Of a stretch of DNA of 64,000 nt, positions 19,120-28,256 are shown one piece after another. The position numbers and the translations under genes were made by a program. Every line of letters begins with the position of its first letter. Positions within the stretch are counted from its first letter, which is position 1. The DNA is taken from the IMG/VR virus record IMGVR_UViG_3300020056_001325. The stretch is one strand, 5' to 3'. Below the pieces are notes generated by a model. It did no database searches. It was not told where the DNA came from and saw only the letters and a list, made by a program, of their open reading frames with translations. Source of the stretch: an uncultured virus (IMG/VR IMGVR_UViG_3300020056_001325) (taxonomy: Duplodnaviria > Heunggongvirae > Uroviricota > Caudoviricetes).

Positions 19120-19388
19120 GCAGAACAGTAGTATACTCAAAACCAATGTGTCCTTATTGCGACAAAGCAAAGGCAGTATTGAAAAACTTAGATGTAAAAT
19201 TTGAAACAATTCAAGTTGGTACTGACATTTCAGTACAGAAACTTACAGAAGAATTTGAAGTAAATGGCTTACCACAACCAAGGTCAGTACCACAGATTAT
19301 TCTACAAGGAAAATATATTGGCGGCTATCAAGAGTTAGTCAAATATATCGAAGATACAGGATTTAACGGAACAGGACATACAATATAA
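19116..19388 (+). CDS. glutaredoxin
   Basis: CPYC, SVPQI, YIGGY. Confidence 0.93.
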   Translation: MSRTVVYSKPMCPYCDKAKAVLKNLDVKFETIQVGTDISVQKLTEEFEVNGLPQPRSVPQIILQGKYIGGYQELVKYIEDTGFNGTGHTI

Positions 19389-19711
19389 TGTTAATCGAAG
19401 CACCATACAAAGTTGGAGATATTATTACTATTAAAATGGTATCTGGAGAAGAGTTAGTTGGTAAACTTGAAGAAGAAAACGATCAGCATATTAAAGTTAA
19501 AACACCGTTGACTCTTGTTGCTAGTCAGCAAGGCATTGGCTTACAGCCATTCTTGTTTACTGCTGAACTAGAAAAGTCATATCGTATTAAACAATCTGCT
19601 ATCACGTTAGTTACAATTACCAAAAAAGAATTTGCTGACGGATACTCACAGCAGATGAGTGGCTTAGTAACTGCACCAGCAGGACTAGGCGATATGTTAA
19701 AAACCAAATAA
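19388..19711 (+). CDS. hypothetical protein (Sm-like fold candidate)
   Basis: IITIKMVSGEELVGK pattern; coupled ORF. Confidence 0.7.
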   Translation: MLIEAPYKVGDIITIKMVSGEELVGKLEEENDQHIKVKTPLTLVASQQGIGLQPFLFTAELEKSYRIKQSAITLVTITKKEFADGYSQQMSGLVTAPAGLGDMLKTK

Positions 19712-19799
19712 AACAATTTCACCATTTTAGACATCGTAACGCCAGATCTGCGAGTATGATTTTAATATGGCGATAATTATAATAGACAAGGAGAAAATT

Positions 19800-19979
19800 A
19801 TGTCTTCAATTCATGAACAAATCGTAGCCGAATATGAGGCTTACTTAAAAGAAGCAGAAGCGTTTGATTCAAAAAACGTGAAAGCCGCGGCGGCAAGAGC
19901 AAGAAAAGCACTAGGTAATATTGGTAAACTTGCGAAGTCTAGACGTGCTGAAATTCAAGAGCGTAAGAACGCACTTTAA
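19800..19979 (+). CDS. small helical histone H1-like/nucleoid protein
   Basis: SD AAGGAG before ATG 19800; KAAAARARKAL..IGKLAKSRRAEIQE. Confidence 0.7.
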   Translation: MSSIHEQIVAEYEAYLKEAEAFDSKNVKAAAARARKALGNIGKLAKSRRAEIQERKNAL

Positions 19980-20103
19980 TTCAATCTTTATTAATTGTAG
20001 TTACTGCACAGGCTCGTCCTGTGCCGTATCTACGCATTTAAATGTCCAGCATAGAGCATAAATACTTTGTTAAATAATTTAACAGAGAATTAGGAATATA
20101 TAA

Positions 20104-20331
20104 ATGGCAGAACGACATACTGGTAAACTTAAATGGTTTGACTCGAAGAAGGGTTATGGCTTTATAACACCTGTCGAAGGTGGTCAGGACGTTTTTGTTC
20201 ATATCAGTGCCTTTAACGATGCTCATATAACAGCAATTCAAAATAAGATGATGCTTGAGTATGAACTTGTTGACAATAGAGGCAGAATGATTGCAGGCAA
20301 TTTAACTCGCCCTGAAAACTTTAATAAGTAA
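20104..20331 (+). CDS. cold-shock domain protein
   Basis: GKLKWFDSKKGYGFI (RNP1), DVFVHISA (RNP2). Confidence 0.93.
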   Translation: MAERHTGKLKWFDSKKGYGFITPVEGGQDVFVHISAFNDAHITAIQNKMMLEYELVDNRGRMIAGNLTRPENFNK

Positions 20332-20333
20332 TT

Positions 20334-20528
20334 TTATCTAAAATCACAATCTATATTATGAAAAGGAACTGGGTTTCCATTTTGATCCATAACTATCTCG
20401 CCATCAACTGCTCCTGCAAGTAAATTACGACCACCAGTAAATACAAACCTAATTGGTTTAACTTCTACATCATTAATATATCTTTTGTAATTGTGTGATT
20501 TTACACCTTTTATTTTTTTAACCGCCAT
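20334..20528 (-). CDS. hypothetical protein
   Basis: 64-aa ORF coupled to the upstream minus-strand ORF. Confidence 0.65.
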   Translation of the reverse strand: MAVKKIKGVKSHNYKRYINDVEVKPIRFVFTGGRNLLAGAVDGEIVMDQNGNPVPFHNIDCDFR

Positions 20529-20674
20529 TAACGTCCTTGTCCCACATTAAACTTATGATTACGTTTTTTGTGTTTGTTCATAGAACTCATTTTACATGAT
20601 TTACGTCTAGAACTTTGACTTGTTTTCTTTGGAGTTCTTACGTGTTTTACGTATGATTTTGCTAACTTCGCCAT
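20528..20674 (-). CDS. small basic protein (48 aa)
   Basis: Read manually: MAKLAKSYVKHVRTPKKTSQSSRRKSCKMSSMNKHKKRNHKFNVGQGR; SD AAAGGA. Confidence 0.7.
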   Translation of the reverse strand: MAKLAKSYVKHVRTPKKTSQSSRRKSCKMSSMNKHKKRNHKFNVGQGR

Positions 20675-20804
20675 AACATTAATCCTTTCGCATTGTTAGA
20701 ATTATGGTTTGAAATATATTTTACTTATCCAAAATTTAAAAAAGTAGCACTTAATGAAGTCATATCGGTTGACAAGTGCGTTAAAATGTAGTTAAATAAG
20801 TATT

Positions 20805-21120
20805 GTAACGATGAAGCCAATCGAACACAGGCAGGACGGGGGTTCAATTCCCCCCACCTCCACCATTCACTTAAAACACATTCACAGAGTGTGCTTTGAG
20901 GGGGTGATCGGGATCGACTGATGTACTAGAGAACGTGGAGTTACCGGTAGGCGATGACCGTAAATCAAGCAAACGTTATAGATGCAAACGATAAAGCATT
21001 GGACAACGTTTCTTTTGTAAACTTCGGTGAGCAAAAAGACGTTCGTCTTTCTGAGGATTTTGCCCTAGCGGCATAATCACTCGGGGGTGGCAACTTCCCT
21101 AGCAACAGAAAAGTTGCACT
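20805..21120 (+). ncRNA. ssrA: circularly permuted (two-piece) tmRNA
   Basis: T-arm GGGGGTTCAATTCCCCC and CACCTCC-A-CCA (ends 20865) precede the 5' acceptor strand GGGGGTG (20900-06) with G3.U70; tag ORF 20984-21076 ANDKALDNVSFVNFGEQKDVRLSEDFALAA; outer ends approximate. Confidence 0.9.
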
Positions 21121-21135
21121 TTTTAATTATCAAAG

Positions 21136-21339
21136 GTGACAGCAATGATACGAAATCCAATACAGACCGGTGAAAATTCTTGGACTGTTCAAGTTCAAGA
21201 AGATGGCAAGACAAAAGAATTATATTTAGAACTCCCCCCAGAAGCATTAGCCCAAGTAGGTTGGGACATTGGCGATACACTTATCTGGGAAGAATTAGAC
21301 AATGGTAATTGGAGCCTAAAGAAAAAAGACGATGTTTAA
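21136..21339 (+). CDS. AbrB/MazE-like small protein
   Basis: LYLELPPEALAQVGWDIGDTLIW pattern; start may be ATG 21145. Confidence 0.7.
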   Translation: MTAMIRNPIQTGENSWTVQVQEDGKTKELYLELPPEALAQVGWDIGDTLIWEELDNGNWSLKKKDDV

Positions 21340-21607
21340 ATCTGATGTAAAATATACAAATAGATATAGTGATTCTTATACTTGGACAAAAGTATCAGAA
21401 AGCACATATGAATTTACTATGGAAGGCGATAGTTTGAAATACTGCCGTTATGGTGGACGAGAAGGTGTTGAAGGTATAGACACTTTAGACTTAGGAATGT
21501 TTGATCCAAGTGGTGGACCATTTGTAGCATTAGGAATGGAAATTGATGGTAGAAAAATTAAGAAGTTGTACGCTACTGAAAATGGCTTTGGAGCAGAGAT
21601 AGAATGA
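21332..21607 (+). CDS. hypothetical protein
   Basis: Coupled ORF; FDPSGGPF motif. Confidence 0.75.
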   Translation: MFKSDVKYTNRYSDSYTWTKVSESTYEFTMEGDSLKYCRYGGREGVEGIDTLDLGMFDPSGGPFVALGMEIDGRKIKKLYATENGFGAEIE

Positions 21608-21918
21608 AACTAGAACCAGAACAAGGTATATCCCCAGATACTTGGGTAGTATTAGAAATCAAACACAACGGCGAACAGTTTCAAAAAATTCTCGCAGGCT
21701 GGAGTGGTTCGTATCTATACGGTGACAGTTGGCGTATGAGCAGTCCTATTAAAACAATGAACATTGATGTTGAAAAAGACTACATCACAGTTGAAACTGA
21801 CAGCGGAAGTGTGTATAATCTGCGTAAAGATTATCAAGGATTGCGTATGAGCAATGCTGGCGTTTACAACGAACTTAAAGAAAAGTTTGGCGACGGTGTA
21901 GAGATTGTAGAACTATGA
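21604..21918 (+). CDS. hypothetical phage protein
   Basis: AGWSGSYLYGDSWRMSS motif; ATGA overlap. Confidence 0.8.
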   Translation: MKLEPEQGISPDTWVVLEIKHNGEQFQKILAGWSGSYLYGDSWRMSSPIKTMNIDVEKDYITVETDSGSVYNLRKDYQGLRMSNAGVYNELKEKFGDGVEIVEL

Positions 21919-22106
21919 CATTACCAATTGAAAGAACAAATGCAGTATTAAACGTAGAACGATTTCTAATGGACCTGCGAGATCCTAAGAAGTATCCACG
22001 GGTGCCACGAGCAGTTAGAGAAGAAGCAAGTAGATTGTTAAAACATTATCCCTCCAAATACAATATGGCATATATTAAGGAAAGTTTTGAAGAGGTAGAT
22101 TACTAG
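21915..22106 (+). CDS. hypothetical phage protein
   Basis: MTLPIER..PRVPRAVR..LLKHYP; ATGA overlap. Confidence 0.8.
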   Translation: MTLPIERTNAVLNVERFLMDLRDPKKYPRVPRAVREEASRLLKHYPSKYNMAYIKESFEEVDY

Positions 22107-22294
22107 TGTACGCTATAATGATTTGCCTTGATGGTAAAGACGATTGGATTTTTGTAACAGAGAATACAGGTAAATGCGATTGGAATCTTAAGCCTGTTCT
22201 ATTTGAAGATGTAGAAACAGCATTTGAATATGCAGGAGGATTTACTTTGCCCGGCAAAGAACAAAACGTAAAGGTGGTAAGTTATGAAGGTTAA
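22106..22294 (+). CDS. hypothetical protein
   Basis: GTG start coupled to upstream TAG; SD GAGG. Confidence 0.7.
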   Translation: MYAIMICLDGKDDWIFVTENTGKCDWNLKPVLFEDVETAFEYAGGFTLPGKEQNVKVVSYEG

Positions 22295-22742
22295 AATTGG
22301 AAAGTACCCGGATCATTGGCCGTGGAGCAATTGGCTGTATGACAAGTTTGGATACAGTCCAGAACAAAAAGTAAAAGTACATATTGACAAGTGGGATACT
22401 TGGAGTATGGATCATACACTTGCTCCAATTATCTTACCTATGCTCAAACAATTAAAGGAAACAAAACACGGCGCTCCTTATGTAGATGAAAAAGATGTTC
22501 CAAAAGAACTGTGGCCACCGAAAGAACAGATTAGTGCAATGTATCAAGGCCAAACAGATGACAATCATTTTAAGCGTTGGGATTGGGTCCTTGACGAAAT
22601 GATATATGCGTTCGATTGTAAAGCAAACAAAGACGATGTATGGATGCGTCTTGAAGATAAAAAAGAAATAGATAAAGAACAGAAACGTATTTCAAATGGC
22701 TTCCGACTTTTTGGCAAGTACTACGAAAATTTGTGGGATTAG
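22284..22742 (+). CDS. hypothetical phage protein
   Basis: WDTWSMDHTLA..HGAP..WVLDEMIYAF..LFGKYYENLWD. Confidence 0.8.
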   Translation: MKVKIGKYPDHWPWSNWLYDKFGYSPEQKVKVHIDKWDTWSMDHTLAPIILPMLKQLKETKHGAPYVDEKDVPKELWPPKEQISAMYQGQTDDNHFKRWDWVLDEMIYAFDCKANKDDVWMRLEDKKEIDKEQKRISNGFRLFGKYYENLWD

Positions 22743-22841
22743 CCAGAAATAAACAACTGCACTCTTTGAGTGCATAAATAAAAGCAGAAGACACTCTAGG
22801 TGTCTTTTTTATTCGAATAAAGATAAGGAAAAACAAATAAA

Positions 22842-23891
22842 ATGAAACAACTAACATTAGTGTTAGCCATCCTGTTTGGATTTGCAACAGGTGCATTGGC
22901 TAATGACAAAAGTCTTGAAGAAAGAGTAGAGGCTTTAGAAAATAATATTCCAAACTTGCCGCAAGGCTTTTTTGTAAATGGTGAAGTAGAAGGTTACTAT
23001 GATGACAAAACCTATGATTCAGGTTGGGACTCACGTGCAGAATTGCAACTAGGTATTTCAACAAACATTCCTGAAACACTTTCAGTGGATTGGATTGGGG
23101 CATCAATGAAGTACGACACTCACTATTCATTAGATACAACATTAAACAATACTGTTCAAGAAAAGCAATTAGGTTTTGGTAATGATGTAGCAAGATGGTA
23201 CATTGGTGAAACTGACGCACAAAGAATGGGATTCGCAAAGACTCCTAAAATTTCTGTTCCACTAATCTATACAGAAACAAACTACAGAATTGATCACAGA
23301 GAAAAAACTGTGTTAACATTTGGTGGTTGGGAATATGACAACGAATTTGATTTTGATTCATATAGACTAAAGAAAGAACAGCCTTGGGGTGTTTCACTTG
23401 GTTGGGATAACGACGGAAACGTAGGTTATGCAACAGGTACAATTAGTTTAATGGGTTATGCAGATGTATCTTATATGCGTATTACTTCTCCTGAAGATTC
23501 AGGCAAAGGTGACCAAGAAGGTTATTCAATTGGTGGTAGTTTATACAGATGGAACGTTCCATTAGTTTGGGGTGTTGAACTGTGGGACGATAAGAATACA
23601 GGCACATATACAAAAGACGATCGTTTAGATTACGGTGTAATGTATAACGTAAACAAAAACGTTTATGTTACAGCACACAGAACTGAAAATGATGACTTAG
23701 GATATGATGGTAACTACTACGGTGTAGTATATAACCTAGCAACAAACTACGATCCTTCAAAACGTTCTGACAAACAGGACGGGTTGGAAATGGGACTTTA
23801 CTACCACGATAAAGGTGGACGTTCCGTATTTACTGGTGCCGAACACGCTGAAACACAGCAAGTATTGGCAAGCGTCAAATACAAATTCTAA
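22842..23891 (+). CDS. outer-membrane porin-like beta-barrel protein
   Basis: Signal peptide (ALA/ND), short coiled coil LEERVEALE, alternating aromatic beta strands, C-terminal YKF. Confidence 0.75.
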   Translation: MKQLTLVLAILFGFATGALANDKSLEERVEALENNIPNLPQGFFVNGEVEGYYDDKTYDSGWDSRAELQLGISTNIPETLSVDWIGASMKYDTHYSLDTTLNNTVQEKQLGFGNDVARWYIGETDAQRMGFAKTPKISVPLIYTETNYRIDHREKTVLTFGGWEYDNEFDFDSYRLKKEQPWGVSLGWDNDGNVGYATGTISLMGYADVSYMRITSPEDSGKGDQEGYSIGGSLYRWNVPLVWGVELWDDKNTGTYTKDDRLDYGVMYNVNKNVYVTAHRTENDDLGYDGNYYGVVYNLATNYDPSKRSDKQDGLEMGLYYHDKGGRSVFTGAEHAETQQVLASVKYKF

Positions 23892-23906
23892 TACTAAAAT
23901 AAAAGA

Positions 23907-23931
23907 TGGGGCCTTCGGGCCCTATTTTTTT
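23907..23931 (+). terminator. intrinsic terminator with C(UUCG)G loop
   Basis: GGGGCC-TTCG-GGCCCT-A followed by T7. Confidence 0.9.
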
Positions 23932-23944
23932 GGCTAAATTTCAC

Positions 23945-23973
23945 TTGACTTTTTGTCATCTATATACTACAAT
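23945..23973 (+). promoter_or_regulatory. sigma70-type promoter
   Basis: TTGACT-N17-TACAAT. Confidence 0.7.
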
Positions 23974-24004
23974 AAGTGTGTTAATGTAACATAAAGGTGA
24001 CAAT

Positions 24005-24463
24005 ATGACAATGCATTTGGCTCGAGGCTTAACTACTCTTAACACAACTAAGAAGAAGCGTAAAATTACACAGGCAAAGTTAGATCGTTGGAAAGAAGAT
24101 TTACGTATTCGAAATAAAGAATACAAGAAACAAGGACTTCATAAACTAATGATGACTTTGGACGAGTACATTGATTACATTCACGGAGAATACAAACCAA
24201 AAACCAAAACAGAAACTGTTATCAATACACCGTGGCACTATAGTGGCCCAACTGTTACCCGTGAAACAAAACACATTCCAAGTTTACAAACGTCAGCAAG
24301 TTTTTCACCCTGTACTAAAAAGGAACCAATGCAGTACACAGGTGAAAGAAAACTTTTGGGCATTGCTACAATGCACAAAAGTAATATGGTTCCAATTTTT
24401 GAAGACGATAGCGGTAATGGTAAGAAACAAGCCACAGAAATCGCACAAATGCGTCGAAATTAA
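24005..24463 (+). CDS. hypothetical phage protein
   Basis: YTGE..LLGIATMHKSNMVPIF motif. Confidence 0.8.
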   Translation: MTMHLARGLTTLNTTKKKRKITQAKLDRWKEDLRIRNKEYKKQGLHKLMMTLDEYIDYIHGEYKPKTKTETVINTPWHYSGPTVTRETKHIPSLQTSASFSPCTKKEPMQYTGERKLLGIATMHKSNMVPIFEDDSGNGKKQATEIAQMRRN

Positions 24464-24479
24464 ATTGGCAAATTTCCAC

Positions 24480-24508
24480 TTGACTTTTGATTTATATTTG
24501 TATATACT
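24480..24508 (+). promoter_or_regulatory. sigma70-type promoter
   Basis: TTGACT-N17-TATACT. Confidence 0.75.
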
Positions 24509-24550
24509 GTAATAGTAAATTAAACGAATAGGCTAAGGAGGCTTAAATTT

Positions 24551-25042
24551 ATGAAAGGCACATTAAAGAATGTGTTACTAATTGGTGTAGTTGCATCTAT
24601 GTTAGGTGCTTGTACATCGATGAAGACACTCGAAGTTAGAGAAACAAAGGCAAATCCAAATTGGTATGCTGACTGTGAGCAAATTGGTGCAGAAGGATTT
24701 TTATTCTGGAAAACTGATTATGCTTATGCGTGTGGTATGGGCGAAAGTCTATACGAACAAGCAAGTGAATCACAGGCTTATGCATTCGCAGTAAAAGGCT
24801 TTGCAGAAAGAATCAACGGAACTGTAAATTCATCTACAGTTGTTGACATTAAAAACGACACACGAAACGATTCAACAAGAGTTGAACACCTTGTTAAGGA
24901 CACAACTATTAGAGAACATCTTGAAGTTAAGAAGTACTCTTATCAGTTAGCAAGTACTAATAGGGTTCATACATACGTTCGTATTAAAATGCCTTTAGAG
25001 GTATTTGATAGACTGATTCTAGAATCAAAGCAGGCTCAGTAA
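24551..25042 (+). CDS. lipoprotein (LPP20-like)
   Basis: Lipobox LGAC, PNWY, helix-rich core; SD AAGGAGG. Confidence 0.75.
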   Translation: MKGTLKNVLLIGVVASMLGACTSMKTLEVRETKANPNWYADCEQIGAEGFLFWKTDYAYACGMGESLYEQASESQAYAFAVKGFAERINGTVNSSTVVDIKNDTRNDSTRVEHLVKDTTIREHLEVKKYSYQLASTNRVHTYVRIKMPLEVFDRLILESKQAQ

Positions 25043-25043
25043 T

Positions 25044-25382
25044 ATGAAGTATGTTCTTCTACTATCTGTAATTCTGATGTCGGCGTGTAGCAGTACAGGT
25101 CAAGTGGCAACAAAAAGTCATATACCACAATACTGCCAAACAGACGAAACAATCCAAATAAAGGATGGTAAGACAGTATCTAGTAATACTATTGTCCAAT
25201 GTAGTGACAATGTAGTTAAAAAGATGCTACCGCCTAAAATGGGTCTAGCAGAAAGTTGTAGAGAACATTGGTATGAAGTTAACATTAATGGACAAATGGT
25301 CGAACGTAAAGGCTATGCTTGTCTAGTAAAGGGTAACAGTTATGAAACTTCGCGATGGTATATTGTTAATAGTCCTTACTAG
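25044..25382 (+). CDS. lipoprotein with four further Cys
   Basis: Lipobox MSAC after a hydrophobic stretch. Confidence 0.7.
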   Translation: MKYVLLLSVILMSACSSTGQVATKSHIPQYCQTDETIQIKDGKTVSSNTIVQCSDNVVKKMLPPKMGLAESCREHWYEVNINGQMVERKGYACLVKGNSYETSRWYIVNSPY

Positions 25383-25782
25383 TTTTTTAGGGGCGTGTTC
25401 AACAACATCACAAGATACATATCATAGAAGTGATAGCACACTATCTAGTGTAGAGTCAACATATCAACCGTCCAACGGGTATGTAGGTATCCTAGTTAAT
25501 CTAGGTAAGTGGCATTGGTATAGACTTCCACAAGAAGATAGATTAAAACAAGAACAATCTATCTTTTTTGCTCTTAACACACTAGAGAATGGCGAAGAGT
25601 CATCATGGTACAATAATCAAACAGGAACTAACGGCAAAGTGTTAGTTCTATCCACTTATCCGCAAGGTAGCGGGTATTGTCGTACCCTAGCAAGTACATT
25701 GTTATATAAAGGCAAAACTAGAAACTTTAAAGAAACGGCTTGTAAAGAGTCAGGACATAAGGGTTGGCGTTTTATTCGATAA
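25342..25782 (+). CDS. lipoprotein resembling alphaproteobacterial 17-kDa surface antigen family
   Basis: Lipobox LGAC; ALN..SWYN..TGTNG..YCR..TACK..WR. Confidence 0.7.
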   Translation: MKLRDGILLIVLTSFLGACSTTSQDTYHRSDSTLSSVESTYQPSNGYVGILVNLGKWHWYRLPQEDRLKQEQSIFFALNTLENGEESSWYNNQTGTNGKVLVLSTYPQGSGYCRTLASTLLYKGKTRNFKETACKESGHKGWRFIR

Positions 25783-25843
25783 AAATAGCACTTATCTAAT
25801 ATCAAAAGCGTCGATAAATATAATGTATATAAAAAGGAACAGC

Positions 25844-27544
25844 ATGGTATTAGGTTTTTTAACATTCTTTTCTGCTCTGACAATTTCAGCAGTAGCAATA
25901 TATTATAGTGTCGCAGGCTTAGTGGCTATATTTGCCGCGGCCGCAATTCCCATTATTGTAATGGGTGTATCTTTAGAAGTAGGTAAACTAGTTACAGCAG
26001 TATGGTTACACCGAAACTGGGAAAGAGCCGCATGGTGGCTTAAGACGTATCTATCTATAGCAGTACTCGTATTAATGTTTATTACAAGTATGGGTATTTT
26101 TGGATTCCTATCTAAAGCACATATTGAACAAACTAGTGCAGGTACAGAAAGTATTGCACAAGTAGAACGTATTGAGAACGAAATTAAACGAAACGAAGAT
26201 ATTATTGTTCGTGCAGAAAATCAAATTAAAAAACTAGAATCAAGCGGTACAGGTTCTGACGCTAACATACAATCACAAATTGACAAAGAACAAGAACGTA
26301 TCGACAATGCTTATAAAAGAATTCAACCTGCTATCGATGAACAACAGGCTATAATTGATAGCCAAGCATCATTATGGCGTAGTGAACTTGCTAAAATAGA
26401 TGCCGAAATTGAAACACTACAAGGTTATATTGACAACGGCGAAACTAAAAAAGCACAACAAATGATTGGTGCTAGTGCAGATGGCATCTTTGGTAAAAAG
26501 ACAGCAGATAAAATTGGCGACTGGCAAGACGAAAAACAGAAAGAACGTTTAGCACTAATTAAAAAGATTGAAGAAGCAACAAATAATCCACAGGCTAAAG
26601 CGGCCGCTGAAGAAATTAAACGTCTACGTAAGACTGCTGAAGATCAAGTTAAACAATCAAATGCTCTTATTGACAGATTACGTAAGCAGTTAGGTAATAC
26701 AGATAAAGCAGATAGCATTGACGCAGAAATAGATACACAAACATTAAGAATTAAAAATGCTAATACAGAAATAGATACACTAGTAGAACAGAAATATAAA
26801 ATTGAAGGCGAATATCGTAAACTAGAAGCAGAAGTAGGACCTATTAAGTATATTGCAGAATTTATCTACGGTGAACAAGCAGATCAAACATTATTAGAAG
26901 CGGCAGTACGTTGGGTAATCATTATTATTATCTTTGTGTTTGACCCATTAGCAGTATTGCTTCTAATTGCATCACAGTACACATTCAATTGGTACCGTGA
27001 GGACAAAGGAGGTAGTTTGCCCCCAAAGTCAGACCCAGAAGGTCCAAACAAGGATAATGACGATGATAGAGATTTACAAGACCCTAGTTATGATGCAGAT
27101 GCAGATGACGGAACTGTGGTACCAGAGGATGATACTTCCAACACAACTGAACATGATCAGCGAATGGAACAAGTTGAAGTACAAGATGATGACAATAAAG
27201 AAGTAAACTTTGACGAGTATGAAAAAATTCGTGCTGAAAAGATAGCAGTTAACGAACCACCTAACTTTGAAGAAGAACAAAAAGAACTTGAACCTGAAGT
27301 TAATATGACATCAGACTTAGACAAATGGAATGAATGGGTTGACGCCGCAAACAAAGAAGCAGAAAAAGAAACAGAAGAAAGTGATATTCCAGATACTAAG
27401 AATAGAATTTTTTACGCAGAAGAGTTAACACCAGAGTTTCAAAAAAAAAGAGCGAACGCAACCTCGTACATAACCAAAGTAGAAAACAAACAAATCCGCA
27501 AGAAAACACAGCCGGAAGAACAAGACCCAACTTCACAACAGTAA
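25844..27544 (+). CDS. membrane-anchored coiled-coil protein with peptidoglycan-binding-like motif and acidic tail
   Basis: Several N-terminal TM helices, long coiled coil, AQQMIGASADGIFGKKT, C-terminal TM (VIIIIIFVFDPLAVLLL); SD AAGGA before ATG 25844. Confidence 0.8.
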   Translation: MVLGFLTFFSALTISAVAIYYSVAGLVAIFAAAAIPIIVMGVSLEVGKLVTAVWLHRNWERAAWWLKTYLSIAVLVLMFITSMGIFGFLSKAHIEQTSAGTESIAQVERIENEIKRNEDIIVRAENQIKKLESSGTGSDANIQSQIDKEQERIDNAYKRIQPAIDEQQAIIDSQASLWRSELAKIDAEIETLQGYIDNGETKKAQQMIGASADGIFGKKTADKIGDWQDEKQKERLALIKKIEEATNNPQAKAAAEEIKRLRKTAEDQVKQSNALIDRLRKQLGNTDKADSIDAEIDTQTLRIKNANTEIDTLVEQKYKIEGEYRKLEAEVGPIKYIAEFIYGEQADQTLLEAAVRWVIIIIIFVFDPLAVLLLIASQYTFNWYREDKGGSLPPKSDPEGPNKDNDDDRDLQDPSYDADADDGTVVPEDDTSNTTEHDQRMEQVEVQDDDNKEVNFDEYEKIRAEKIAVNEPPNFEEEQKELEPEVNMTSDLDKWNEWVDAANKEAEKETEESDIPDTKNRIFYAEELTPEFQKKRANATSYITKVENKQIRKKTQPEEQDPTSQQ

Positions 27545-27634
27545 TTGAACCAGACACATACGTTCAAAATTCCGAACAAACTGATAATTCAGTTTGGCAC
27601 AAGATCCACAAATAATTAAATAAGTAATTTTGTT

Positions 27635-28039
27635 ATGAGTGAACCTATTATTAATCTGATCACACCTCCAGATAAACTTATGAATAATAATTTAAGTTTT
27701 CTTTTGGTTAATCCTAGCGACAATATAAAAGAACAGTTTAATGAAGTTGCAAAGAATATTAAAGCGGATATTAATCTGTACCTTTTTGATAGCAAAGAAG
27801 AACAGGATTGGGTTATTGAGGTTTCTAATTACGTAGATTACATTATTATTGATGTAGATAATGTGCCTAGTAGTTGTGTTTGGCTTATTGGATATCTTCT
27901 TCCATTATCTAAAACTTTTTACTTGACAAGTAACAACGAAAGACCATATAATTTAATTAGTAATAATAGAGTCTACGATCTTCGACAGATAGCAGAAGGA
28001 GAACAGTATTTTGTCAAGACAACGGAAGAAAGACGATAA
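27635..28039 (+). CDS. hypothetical protein
   Basis: 134-aa ORF after TAAATA/TAAGTA. Confidence 0.75.
   Translation: MSEPIINLITPPDKLMNNNLSFLLVNPSDNIKEQFNEVAKNIKADINLYLFDSKEEQDWVIEVSNYVDYIIIDVDNVPSSCVWLIGYLLPLSKTFYLTSNNERPYNLISNNRVYDLRQIAEGEQYFVKTTEERR
27923..27952 (+). promoter_or_regulatory. sigma70-type promoter inside the upstream CDS, ahead of bS21
   Basis: TTGACA-N18-TATAAT. Confidence 0.6.
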
Positions 28040-28256
28040 CCATTTCAAAGGGTTAACCGTCGAAGTAAAAAATGGCGACTTTAATAAAGCACTACGAACA
28101 TTCAAAAGAAAAGTTTCACAAGATGGAGTACTCCAAGAACTACGTGAACGTCAACACTATATTAAACCTAGTGAAAGACGTAAGAAAGCAAAAGCGGCAG
28201 GTCGTGCCCGTTGGCTTAAAGAAGTTCGCCGTAAAGAAAGGGAATTTGGTTATTAA
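28011..28256 (+). CDS. rpsU: ribosomal protein bS21 (copy 1, N-terminally extended)
   Basis: FNKALRTFKRKV..GVLQELRERQHYIKPSERRKK; TTG start with SD AAGGAG. Confidence 0.88.
   Translation: MSRQRKKDDNHFKGLTVEVKNGDFNKALRTFKRKVSQDGVLQELRERQHYIKPSERRKKAKAAGRARWLKEVRRKEREFGY

Noticed and set aside
19997..20035. GC-rich hairpin (GCACAGG/CCTGTGC) between the histone-like gene and csp
   Set aside because: Most simply a terminator or stability hairpin; no evidence for more
21077..21280. 67-aa minus-strand ORF
   Set aside because: Antisense to the tmRNA 3' end and a plausible + strand gene
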